Assembly: GCA_024644385.1 (NCBI GenBank)
Contig: JAHELB010000003.1
Location: 4,223 to 68,222, forward strand
Source of the DNA: Nitrosopumilaceae archaeon
GTDB lineage: Archaea; Thermoproteota; Nitrososphaeria; Nitrososphaerales; Nitrosopumilaceae
Length of the DNA stretch: 64,000 bases
Direction: 5' to 3'
Every line of letters starts with the position of its first letter. Position 1 is the first letter of the stretch. Positions 9,069 to 18,057 of the stretch are shown here, one piece after another. A program made the translations under genes and the position numbers. A model generated the notes under the pieces. It searched no databases. It was not told the DNA's origin and worked only from the letters and a program-made list of their open reading frames with translations.

Positions 9069-9224
9069 ATGGGATTATTTTCTCGCAAAACAAAGGTGGC
9101 TATCTCTAATGTTTGCCCAAAATGTAACATGGTTTTCTCAGATCCTCAAAGAACATTACGTCATATTGCCAAAGCACATAAATCAAAAAGTAAATTTGAT
9201 TGTAATTCATGTGGTGGAAATTAA
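9069..9224 (+). CDS. 51-aa classical C2H2 zinc-finger protein
   Basis: Not in the ORF track. Translation MGLFSRKTKVAISNVCPKCNMVFSDPQRTLRHIAKAHKSKSKFDCNSCGGN has C-x2-C-x12-H-x4-H spacing. The track ORFs 9106..9309 and 9109..9297 are in other frames and lack motifs. Confidence 0.55.
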   Translation: MGLFSRKTKVAISNVCPKCNMVFSDPQRTLRHIAKAHKSKSKFDCNSCGGN

Positions 9225-9268
9225 AAGATGCCATAGAGACTCCAAATATAACAAATTTTTTAAAAATT

Positions 9269-9631
9269 CTAGTTTTGATTTTGATAATAAAGTTTAATGA
9301 CTTTATCAACTATTAAATTGGTGTCTGCATCTTTTTCGGTACTAACTAAAAGCAAGTGATCGTCTCCTAGGTAAAATGAGAAACGCTTCACCTTATCATA
9401 TTCAGCCAAAGTGTAAATAGTTTTTCCAAGCCACTTTGACATTTCTTTTCGTGCCTTCCAATCCATAACCGATAGATTTACGAGCTCATTTTCTTTGTGC
9501 TCCGAAAGTAAGTTTGAAACCCCCTCGCGAATACCACCACCAATCCGAGAAGCCCATTCATCATATACAGTCGCAAATCGTATTTTGGGATTTGACTCTA
9601 AAATTTGTGAGCAAAAAGTTTCATAGTCCAT
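9269..9631 (-). CDS. Roadblock/LC7-like small protein, paralog 2 of 3
   Basis: It aligns with paralogs 1 and 3 (xIRFAxxxD..., ...YTLAEYDKVKR..., LLLVST). Confidence 0.5.
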   Translation of the reverse strand: MDYETFCSQILESNPKIRFATVYDEWASRIGGGIREGVSNLLSEHKENELVNLSVMDWKARKEMSKWLGKTIYTLAEYDKVKRFSFYLGDDHLLLVSTEKDADTNLIVDKVIKLYYQNQN

Positions 9632-9733
9632 GGTTTTTCCATGTCTTGATAATTATTAGAGTTTTATTGTTTCCTAAATTACTTAGATTAAATTTTTAGT
9701 TTTCAGATGATCCTAAATTACATAGAAATTTGG

Positions 9734-10867
9734 TTAATCGATTCGTTGGCTTTCAGATACTTTCCAGCAATGATCATAGGTAAACAAGTCTGCCCCACCT
9801 AAGCGCCCAATCCAATTTGGAACTGTGGAATCTGCACATTGTTGGGTGATTCTATCTGCATATATTTGAAAAACTAGCCAAAGATTTTCAAATCCAACCT
9901 CTTGGCCTATAGCCATAAAATCCACTTGCTGATTTGCAATTCCGGCATTTTTTTGGATATCCTCAAAATACTCTTTTTGGATTTTTACATCCTCCACTGT
10001 GCCCAATCTTGTCAGGTGGCCGCCAATCAGTGTGTCAAATTCATATTCCAAAATTTGGTCATGAGCATATAAGAAAAATGGGACATCTTCTGCCATTGCT
10101 AAATCTTTGAATGGAACCCATCCAGGAAAAATTACATCAACTATCATTAAGACTTTTTGTTGTGGAGCATAGATGAAGATATTACCAGGGTCATGCATGG
10201 GTCCATGATACGCTAATTCTAGAATTTGATTTCCTACATCTAAGGTGTAATTATCCTCAAAAGTTACGGTGGGTATTGGTCTATTTGGATCATTTCTAAT
10301 TTTTAATTGTTCAGCAGTCCACTTGTGTGAAATAATTATTGCATCATCAGGAAACATTACTGCAGCTCCAATATGGTCATTATGGGAATGACTGTAAATA
10401 ACATGTGTTATTGGTTCATCAGTAACTTCAGTAATTGCATTTAGATAGTTTTGTCCAATTGATGGAGGAGCATCAACTGCAATTACTCCTTTCCCTGTAA
10501 CTAGAAACATTCCTTGATATGCGCCATCAGTTACCCAATAAAGGTCGTCGCTGATTTCGTCAACGAAATATCCTTTAGAAAAATCAATTTGAGGCCCAAA
10601 TGCTGCCTCAGGTAACGGTGCAGAAGAAGTCATTTTTTCAGGATGGATTGAAACTATTGAAGATAATTGTTTGACCGGTTCGGCTATTCCTGAATCATAC
10701 CATTTTTCAGCAGTAGGTGGATTCAAACATGCATATTTTTCTGCATTTATTCTGTAAACTAGGATTTTCCCATCTTTACAAAATAAATCAGATTCTTGGC
10801 TGAATGATTCTTGATTTGTAAAAAAACCTACTAAAAGCAAGGAAAAAAAGATGAGTGTGATTTTCAT
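9734..10867 (-). CDS. Secreted metallo-beta-lactamase-fold protein
   Basis: Signal peptide, the HSHNDH (HxHxDH) zinc motif, and an N-terminal CKDGKILV-x8-ACL motif. Confidence 0.8.
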   Translation of the reverse strand: MKITLIFFSLLLVGFFTNQESFSQESDLFCKDGKILVYRINAEKYACLNPPTAEKWYDSGIAEPVKQLSSIVSIHPEKMTSSAPLPEAAFGPQIDFSKGYFVDEISDDLYWVTDGAYQGMFLVTGKGVIAVDAPPSIGQNYLNAITEVTDEPITHVIYSHSHNDHIGAAVMFPDDAIIISHKWTAEQLKIRNDPNRPIPTVTFEDNYTLDVGNQILELAYHGPMHDPGNIFIYAPQQKVLMIVDVIFPGWVPFKDLAMAEDVPFFLYAHDQILEYEFDTLIGGHLTRLGTVEDVKIQKEYFEDIQKNAGIANQQVDFMAIGQEVGFENLWLVFQIYADRITQQCADSTVPNWIGRLGGADLFTYDHCWKVSESQRID

Positions 10868-11214
10868 GAAATTTTTTGGATTAGTCTTTTTTTAAATCTT
10901 TAATCATTACTTTTTTTGATTTTTTTTGATTTAATTTTCCAAGATGTAAAAATTTCCCGAAAAATAAATTAAATTTCATTGAATCATTTTTTTTAAATTA
11001 TGTAAATGGCATTACTTCGCCTTTTGCTACTTTTTTCTCCAATTTTGTTTTTTCTTCTTTTTTTTGTTTTGTTTCCATATTGATAATTTTGGTTTTTTGA
11101 TAATTTATAGGACATTATAAAAAATCTAAAGATTTGTACATTTTTTACCAGTTTATTAAATAATTTTAAAGTTTAAAAAAAATCACTATAATATTATAAT
11201 TTTCTATAGTTATT

Positions 11215-11658
11215 TTAGATAAACCGATTATCTTCTTTTACAGTGTTTAAAACCAAATGAGTACTTGTATTTTCTACATTTGGAATACTTGACACTTTTT
11301 TTACAAAATTGCTTAGTGAATTTCTATCTTTAAATTTTCCAATGACCAAAGTATCTGCCTCCCCTGTAATATCATAAACTGCACAAACATTTTCAGTTTT
11401 GGCAATTTCGTCTTCTACTTCTAACATTTTTCCCTTTGTTGTTTTTACTTCAATTATTGCAGTTATCTCATACCCTAAAGTCTCGTGATTCAATCTAACT
11501 GTGTATCCTTCAATAATTTTCTTCTCTTCAAGTTTTTTTATTCTTGAAATCATCGTAACTGTTGAAACATTAAGTTTGTGAGCTAATTGTCTTGCAGATT
11601 GTCTTGCATCAACTAATAGATGTTTTAGGATTTTTTCATCTTTTTCATCAAAATTCAT
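11215..11658 (-). CDS. Lrp/AsnC family transcriptional regulator
   Basis: N-terminal HTH (ILKHLLVDARQSARQLAHKLNVSTVTM) plus a C-terminal RAM/AsnC domain. Confidence 0.9.
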   Translation of the reverse strand: MNFDEKDEKILKHLLVDARQSARQLAHKLNVSTVTMISRIKKLEEKKIIEGYTVRLNHETLGYEITAIIEVKTTKGKMLEVEDEIAKTENVCAVYDITGEADTLVIGKFKDRNSLSNFVKKVSSIPNVENTSTHLVLNTVKEDNRFI

Positions 11659-12322
11659 TGGTTTTAGATAGTCAAATAATTATTTAAAATTTGATAATAT
11701 ACCTATACAAATGTAATCATTCTGGGTATAATATCAAAAATTTACTATGAAAATTTTTAAAAATAATTTAAATTATTTTTTATATAATTTTCAATAAATT
11801 TTTTGGCTATACAGTTGTTGGATTTTAAGAAATTTTTTTAACAAATTTAAGTTGTTTAACTTAGATAACTTAAAATATAATTTTTCAATCATTATTTGAC
11901 TAGGAGATCCAACCAATATCGGCGCCTCCAAAAAGATGAAGAAGGAATTTGATAAAACTTTGGTATCTAGAGGTTTTCCTTTCACATCCTCGTTGTCAAT
12001 TAAAAATTATTGAGTAATTTTATTAAATTGAAATTGTAACTATTTTGCTTGACAAAGAAGCATCTTTAAGTAATTTTATTTCATATAATATTTAGAGAAA
12101 AAAGCCAACGAGTTGTCACCAGCATAACTTTGATGTTATTGGTCTTAAACTCTAGAGGTTTCAGGTGGGCAAGAGTGTGCTTCGATTAAATCTGGAACTT
12201 GCTTTTTTCTTAAAAGCTATTAAATTTTCAGGAAAAAGTTTGATTTAGTTTTTTTAAAGGCTAAGGTAATTTTTAGAATTTTTTTTAAAAAAAGATAGAA
12301 TCAAAAAAGAAAGGAGTTTTCC

Positions 12323-13558
12323 CTATTGAAAGGGATCTATGAATGGACAATTGACGATGTGATCTGAATCCATTGGTCTTGCGAGTCCTACTGAAATTAA
12401 TCCTGCCTTTTGGTAAGCATCAATGTCAGCTTTGGTTTCTAAAACTGCGGCATTATCAGGATCTTCCCATGCAATCATGAATATTCTCCACATTGGCGAA
12501 TAGTTTGCATCACCTGGTCCGCCTGCTGCGATTCCAGGTTGAAAGCCCATTGGGCCAGATCCAATAATCCCATTACCAAATTGGAATAGATCAACTGCTG
12601 CAGAGTTTGCTATCAGACTAGCTGATGTTGGTGCATCTACTACTCCCATCATTCCAGCTGGAGCGCTAGGTGTAGCATCGGTTACAATATAATAAATTGT
12701 TCTACCATCTGGTCCCCAACCTCGATGAGCAATGAAAGTTACCGTCATCTCCTCTGTGTTGATATCAAGAACCTGTCCTCCACCATATGGAGTGTCATCA
12801 GCTAGAGTCTTGTCTTCTTTTACCATCATTTGACCTTCAGGCCAAACAATTTGCGGCATATTCAAAACCACGGGGAGATCAGCAAGAGTAATTTCACCTG
12901 CATCTTCTGCGGCCATGATCATTTCTTCAGAATCAAGTATTCTAGGATCAGCACTATCATTCCATGTTACATGAACATGTGAGGTAAGAGCACTATAGGT
13001 ATCCTGTTGTGCTGGAGTACTAGTAAAGACTTCACCTTGAAATCCATGAACACCGTCTCCTAAAACCCCATTTGTAAACATGTAGGTTTTAGATAGTGCC
13101 TCATTTGGTGCATTTGCTAATACTGGTGCAAGTTCTACTTGCCATCCCTGATTTTCTGTTATGATTTCTGCATGTGTAGGATCACTAGAGTCAGTTATGA
13201 TAAAGTAAACTGAACCCCCATCATAGAATCCTTGATGCAGTGGGATCGTTGCAGGTACATTTGCTCGTGATAATGGAAGCATCGGAGTATGTTTGATCAT
13301 TTCTTCACCCTCAGATATCATCACATTGTCGTTGGCCAGTACAACAGTTCCCCAACCTCTGGCTTCAATCACCTTGGAACTAGATTCATGCAAACAAGCA
13401 TGATTTCCAGTATGAGTTTTCTTTACCAGAACATCGCCATCTTTACACGTGACCATATCAATAGCAAATGATTCAGAGATAATATTTGGAGAAACAAATA
13501 CCATCAAGAGTGGAATCATTGCAAATATGGTCAATTTCTTTGTAAAAATTGGTGTCAT
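12323..13558 (-). CDS. Secreted protein of unknown function with an internal duplication
   Basis: Signal/TM segment and a CKDGDVLV-x8-ACL motif. Two related halves are visible (YFIITDSS...FTNGVLGDGVHGFQ and YYIVTDAT...FGNGIIGSGPMGFQ). The C-terminus carries YSPMW...VNCPF. It looks GC-richer than its neighbours by eye. Confidence 0.7.
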   Translation of the reverse strand: MTPIFTKKLTIFAMIPLLMVFVSPNIISESFAIDMVTCKDGDVLVKKTHTGNHACLHESSSKVIEARGWGTVVLANDNVMISEGEEMIKHTPMLPLSRANVPATIPLHQGFYDGGSVYFIITDSSDPTHAEIITENQGWQVELAPVLANAPNEALSKTYMFTNGVLGDGVHGFQGEVFTSTPAQQDTYSALTSHVHVTWNDSADPRILDSEEMIMAAEDAGEITLADLPVVLNMPQIVWPEGQMMVKEDKTLADDTPYGGGQVLDINTEEMTVTFIAHRGWGPDGRTIYYIVTDATPSAPAGMMGVVDAPTSASLIANSAAVDLFQFGNGIIGSGPMGFQPGIAAGGPGDANYSPMWRIFMIAWEDPDNAAVLETKADIDAYQKAGLISVGLARPMDSDHIVNCPFIDPFQ

Positions 13559-13616
13559 TGATTGCCAACAATTAAAATAGTATAAATTATTTTCACCAAG
13601 TCCCCCAAGGATTTAA

Positions 13617-13979
13617 TTAATTTTTAACCAATTTTTGAATTTTTTTTGCAGTTTTGTCAATGTCAACCTCAGGATCTGTTGAAACAAAAAGGACTTTATT
13701 ATCCACTAAAAACGTCATAGTTACAACCTTAACCCTTCTTGCTGCTGCATATTGAACAGGTCCTAGATTTTCATCAAATTCTTGTCTTGTCCTAATTCTT
13801 AAAACAGCCTCAATAAACATTTTCTTTCTATCTTCATCATTTTTTAGTGGGGTAACATCCCGTCGAAAGCTTCCCGATAAGAGATTGCCCATATAGTCTA
13901 AAAATCCAGCAAACCTAATTTCTGGTTCCTTTACTAATAAATCACATTTTTGTTGCAAGAGAAGATTTTCTGAATTCAT
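13617..13979 (-). CDS. Roadblock/LC7-like small protein, paralog 3 of 3
   Basis: EIRFAGFLDYMGNLLSG...VVTMTFLVDNKVLFVST aligns with the other two paralogs. Confidence 0.5.
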   Translation of the reverse strand: MNSENLLLQQKCDLLVKEPEIRFAGFLDYMGNLLSGSFRRDVTPLKNDEDRKKMFIEAVLRIRTRQEFDENLGPVQYAAARRVKVVTMTFLVDNKVLFVSTDPEVDIDKTAKKIQKLVKN

Positions 13980-14633
13980 CAGTTACATCACTAAATTTTT
14001 GGATAAATATTATCTATTGATTTCCATAATTGATATTACCAAAATTATTTTTGAGAGGCCTGAATACTATTATTTTTTGGACTAAGTTTAGACTGCTCCA
14101 AAAATAATTTAAAAGATTGGGCGAAAATGCCCAATCTTAGGACGCAAAGCCGACCAATAGACAAACAAATGACCTTCTACCAGCGGTTAATTTACAAAGA
14201 GATTTGCTTAATTTTGTTTAAAAGACTCTCGTAGAATTTATCAGTACAAATCATAAGTAGTGCCTAAATACTAATTTTAAAAAACAAAAATAATTGGAAC
14301 TGTCACCATACAACTAAACGTTTTTGGTCTTAAGATCCAATTGTTAAATTTTTTGTAAACGTTTTTCAAAACATGTAGAATCAGGTAATTTTCAATTTAT
14401 TAATTTAAAATTCACCTATTTCTTAACTATTAGAGTTGTTTAAGATGAGATTAGAATTTGATCGAAATCATGATAATATTAATCCAGTTTTAAAATACTT
14501 TGAAGTGCGTAAGCAACTAAAACAATCTATATAAGAAAATTGAATGAAGTGTATGGATGATCCAATTCACTGTAGATGTAGCGCTGTAAGCTAAAGGAAG
14601 TTTATTGAAAGATATATTTTTGGAAAGGGCCTT

Positions 14634-15503
14634 TTATTTTTTAGCAACAACAAGATCAACTTTGTAATTTAAAGTGGCCCTAGGATTTAGGTTTAGGTTC
14701 CATGAAATGTATGATGGTTTATCTGTATCATGTATTAGTTTAAATCCCAAATTTTTTAGATTCCTCCGTAAAGTATTCTCATCAAGAGGATTTTTAATAG
14801 AATTTTTGCCTCTGTCATAATCATATGGATCAGTGATTATTACATATCCATTTTGGATTTTACCCGATATTTGTTTTAAAAACTCCATAGGTTCAATTAA
14901 TTCCAAAAGATTCAGTGCTAAAACTAGATCAAAATTGGTTTCTCCAAAAATAGAGGATTGTGAATCGGCCACAAAAAAGTCGAGATTCTCTCCAGATTTC
15001 TTTTTGGCAATTTTTATGGCGCTAAAGGACCGATCAATTCCAAAAACTGTTCGGTTAGATTCAGCTAAAAATGAACTTACAGTTCCAATAGAGCAGCCAT
15101 ATTCTAATACTAACTTGGAATGTGGTAATTTTTTTAACATGTTTTTAATAATTGAATAAAATCTTGATCTTTGGCTTTTTTGATAAATATCAGTCCATCT
15201 TTCTTCGAGATTGGTCCTGTCTTCGATATTTTTAAAATTTACAGCCAAGGAATTTTTTAAAAAAAATTTCATTTTACTTGATACAGTTTTTGCAATTTTC
15301 CCGCCCAACATTCGTCTATTTGAGATATATTGCGAAAAATCATTCCACATTATTGGAATTCCTTCAATAATAGGATAAAGTGAATGGCATTTTTTGCAAT
15401 CTAAAATTCCTTCCTCAATTTCAATTTTTTTTTTGAATACATCGAGCTCTAGATTAGATCCACATTTTAGACAACGTAGATAATCCAAGCTAAATTCCTT
15501 CAA
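14634..15503 (-). CDS. Class I SAM-dependent methyltransferase with an N-terminal Trm112-like zinc ribbon
   Basis: LRCLKCGS...CKKCHSLYPIIEGIPIM, followed by motif I LEYGCSIGT. Confidence 0.8.
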   Translation of the reverse strand: MKEFSLDYLRCLKCGSNLELDVFKKKIEIEEGILDCKKCHSLYPIIEGIPIMWNDFSQYISNRRMLGGKIAKTVSSKMKFFLKNSLAVNFKNIEDRTNLEERWTDIYQKSQRSRFYSIIKNMLKKLPHSKLVLEYGCSIGTVSSFLAESNRTVFGIDRSFSAIKIAKKKSGENLDFFVADSQSSIFGETNFDLVLALNLLELIEPMEFLKQISGKIQNGYVIITDPYDYDRGKNSIKNPLDENTLRRNLKNLGFKLIHDTDKPSYISWNLNLNPRATLNYKVDLVVAKK

Positions 15504-15595
15504 TAGTATACTATGTTATTTTATTTTTTAATTAATAGTTTTTCAGACATCATCCAAGATAATATTAAATGTAGTTTGTATCAAGTAGAATCAAA

Positions 15596-16792
15596 ATGGT
15601 CGAGTATAATGAATTTGCAGAGGCGTTAATTGATCAACTTTCAGTTGAAATTTCTGAAGAAAAAGAAAATTCAGATTTAGCCTCAAAAATTGATGAAGAC
15701 AAGTCATTTAATGTAACTTTTGATTCAATAGAAAATATAACCAATAAAATATTTCCTTGGATAAAACAAGAAATATACAGTTTTACTGGATTGAAGGTTC
15801 CTCAGGAAACAAAGATAGAATTTCCAGAATTATTTGAATTAAAAAAATTAAAAGGTAATAGGATTTTTACTAACAATACCGCAAGAGGTTTTGTCGATTC
15901 CCTAGTAAATGCCATATCAAATGAAGATATCGACAAAATAGCGAGTTTAATGAAGCAAGATACGATAAAATATTTAGTATATTCCACTTATGTAAAAAAT
16001 TATTTTTCAAAAATTTCTGTGACCTTTGGAGATTATTTAGATGAAACTATTTACCTAAACAAAAGATTTCTCTCTATTTTACCTAAAATTAAATTATACA
16101 ATCTAGGTCAACCCTATGAATCGAGATTTGATTTAATAAATTCTAGTTACATTGGAGCAATTAAAATGACAATTTTAGAAGAATCTATCCATGCAATTCA
16201 AAAAAATCTTTACAAAAGTAATAAAGAGGCAGTTGTAAAAGTTAATGAAATTTACGAAGAATTAGCAAAAGTTATCCTAGAACTAGATGAAGGAACTCTT
16301 TCAACGATATTTGAATATATGAACTTGGAGGCTATACCAAATGAATTTCCCATCGCAAAAAGAGCAAATTTGTTTTTTGTGCTAAATCCAGAAAATTTTA
16401 TTCTTGGGACTTTACCACCCGATCAAATGGCAACAAAAGAAGGACGAATTGATCCCAAATTATCTGATATGATTCCTCAATTATCGGATATTTACCGGAG
16501 ATGGTTAAAACCAAGGCAACAACAATATTCTGCAATGACAATTATTCAAGGAATGGCAAACTTTGTGATTAGAAATATTCTCAAAAATGATTTAGATTTT
16601 AAAAATTATCTTTCAGTTTTTAAAGGAACTGATTTTATCTCCTTTCAGGCTCAAAAAAACATTGGAATTCAATTTACTGATACCATTTTCACTAAATTAG
16701 GTAAGAATGCTTTCAAAAAATTGATCGAGGATCCGCCCAATACTAATGAATTAAAAGATTCACAATTATACCTCAATAAAACAACACTGTAA
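15596..16792 (+). CDS. Hypothetical protein
   Basis: A long ORF with no recognisable motif. The next gene starts 4 nt after it, so co-transcription is likely. Confidence 0.55.
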   Translation: MVEYNEFAEALIDQLSVEISEEKENSDLASKIDEDKSFNVTFDSIENITNKIFPWIKQEIYSFTGLKVPQETKIEFPELFELKKLKGNRIFTNNTARGFVDSLVNAISNEDIDKIASLMKQDTIKYLVYSTYVKNYFSKISVTFGDYLDETIYLNKRFLSILPKIKLYNLGQPYESRFDLINSSYIGAIKMTILEESIHAIQKNLYKSNKEAVVKVNEIYEELAKVILELDEGTLSTIFEYMNLEAIPNEFPIAKRANLFFVLNPENFILGTLPPDQMATKEGRIDPKLSDMIPQLSDIYRRWLKPRQQQYSAMTIIQGMANFVIRNILKNDLDFKNYLSVFKGTDFISFQAQKNIGIQFTDTIFTKLGKNAFKKLIEDPPNTNELKDSQLYLNKTTL

Positions 16793-16795
16793 TAA

Positions 16796-17620
16796 TTGCA
16801 AGGAAAATTTGATCCATTTGTTGCAGAATGGGTTTCTTTTGTGACAAATTCAAACTTTAACCTAGTTGAAAAATGCTTAAAGTTTGTCCAGATTTTAGAT
16901 CAACCTAATTTGAATATTGAGGAATATATTCAAAAAATCAACCAAATGGGTAGAACACTTAATGAATCAATTAGTGATGTGAAAAATCCTACTTACCTTA
17001 TCTCAATATTAAATGAATATCTTTTTGAAAATCTAGGTTTTGTTGGAGAAGTAGATGATTACTATAACCCAAAAAATAATTTTCTAAACGAGGTAATTGA
17101 CAAAAAGTCAGGTCTTCCCATAACCCTATCAATTTTGTATGTTGAAATTGCAAAATTTATTGGGTTAAATTTGAAAATTATTGGATTTCCAAGTCATGTT
17201 TTGGTAAAATACAATGAGGAGATGATATTGGATCCCTTCAATGATGGAAGGTTGTTGAGTGTTGAGGATTTACAGGAAATACTAGACCGAAATTTTGATG
17301 GACAAATTGAATTTGAACCAGAATTTTTGGATGAAATAACCACAGAGCAGGTTCTAGTTAGATTAGCTCGCAATTTAAAAAATTCTTATTTCCAATCATA
17401 TGCAAATGAAAAAGCTTTGAAATGTGTAAACATGACTTTGGCTATAGAACCAGAATCTCCCGAAGATATAAGAGATAAGGGAATTTTGGAGGAAAAATTA
17501 TTGAACCATGATGTTGCACTAAATTATCTAAACCAATATCTAGAAATTAATCCAAACGCTGAAGATGTAGATTTTATTTTAGAATTAATTAGAACCATAA
17601 AGATGAAGATTAGTCAATAA
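16796..17620 (+). CDS. Transglutaminase-like/TPR protein (SirB1/YchA-like)
   Basis: TTG start. KKSGLPITLSILYVEIAKFIGLNLKIIGFPSHVLVKY resembles the SirB1 N-terminal domain, and the C-terminus is TPR-like. Confidence 0.6.
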   Translation: MQGKFDPFVAEWVSFVTNSNFNLVEKCLKFVQILDQPNLNIEEYIQKINQMGRTLNESISDVKNPTYLISILNEYLFENLGFVGEVDDYYNPKNNFLNEVIDKKSGLPITLSILYVEIAKFIGLNLKIIGFPSHVLVKYNEEMILDPFNDGRLLSVEDLQEILDRNFDGQIEFEPEFLDEITTEQVLVRLARNLKNSYFQSYANEKALKCVNMTLAIEPESPEDIRDKGILEEKLLNHDVALNYLNQYLEINPNAEDVDFILELIRTIKMKISQ

Positions 17621-17780
17621 TTGAATCGATGTCTTGACCTTGTTTTATCATACTAATTTCATGTCGGGCAATTTTATTTCTCAAGGCATGTTTTATAATA
17701 TCGAGTTCACTTCGAAGTAAAGCAATCTCATCTTCTAGTTTTGCTACCCGTTCATAAATTGTTTCTGCCTCAGAACTCAT
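17610..17780 (-). CDS. 56-aa coiled-coil protein (tentative)
   Basis: Below the ORF cutoff. MSSEAETIYERVAKLEDEIALLRSELDIIKHALRNK... has a heptad character. Its 3' end overlaps the convergent gene by 11 nt. Confidence 0.3.
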   Translation of the reverse strand: MSSEAETIYERVAKLEDEIALLRSELDIIKHALRNKIARHEISMIKQGQDIDSIID

Positions 17781-17853
17781 GATTAATTATCATTAAAAAA
17801 ATGTCTTAAAAAGTTATGGGTGATTTTATTGATGGACAGGTTAGCTTTTTGAA

Positions 17854-18015
17854 CTATAATTCAAATTCCTGTCGGCATTTTTCACATTTGCCTCGTTCTT
17901 GACCTGGTTGACCGAGAACAAAAATTTTTCCAATAGTCATGCATTCGGGACACATGCCGGTGGTTGCATTTTTTGGTCCAGAACGTATTATTTTCTGGGT
18001 TTTTCTTCGTCCCAT
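17854..18015 (-). CDS. 53-aa zinc-ribbon protein resembling transcription elongation factor Elf1
   Basis: MGRRKTQKIIRSGPKNATTGMCPECMTIGKIFVLGQPGQERGKCEKCRQEFEL shows the basic MGRRK N-terminus plus CPxC...CxxC. The 76-aa track ORF 17882..18112 is in another frame and runs into the tRNA. Confidence 0.45.
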   Translation of the reverse strand: MGRRKTQKIIRSGPKNATTGMCPECMTIGKIFVLGQPGQERGKCEKCRQEFEL

Positions 18016-18057
18016 GCTTTAACCACCAACAACACTCTATTAAATTTAATTTTCGTA

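Noticed and set aside
10998-11078. 26-aa Lys/Glu-rich minus-strand ORF (METKQKKEEKTKLEKKVAKGEVMPFT)
   Set aside because: It is too short and low-complexity to support without conservation data.
11791-11985. 64-aa minus-strand ORF in the long spacer downstream of the 411-aa gene
   Set aside because: It is extremely AT-rich and low-complexity (KKFLKIQQLYSQKIY) with no motif, so it is more likely non-coding spacer.
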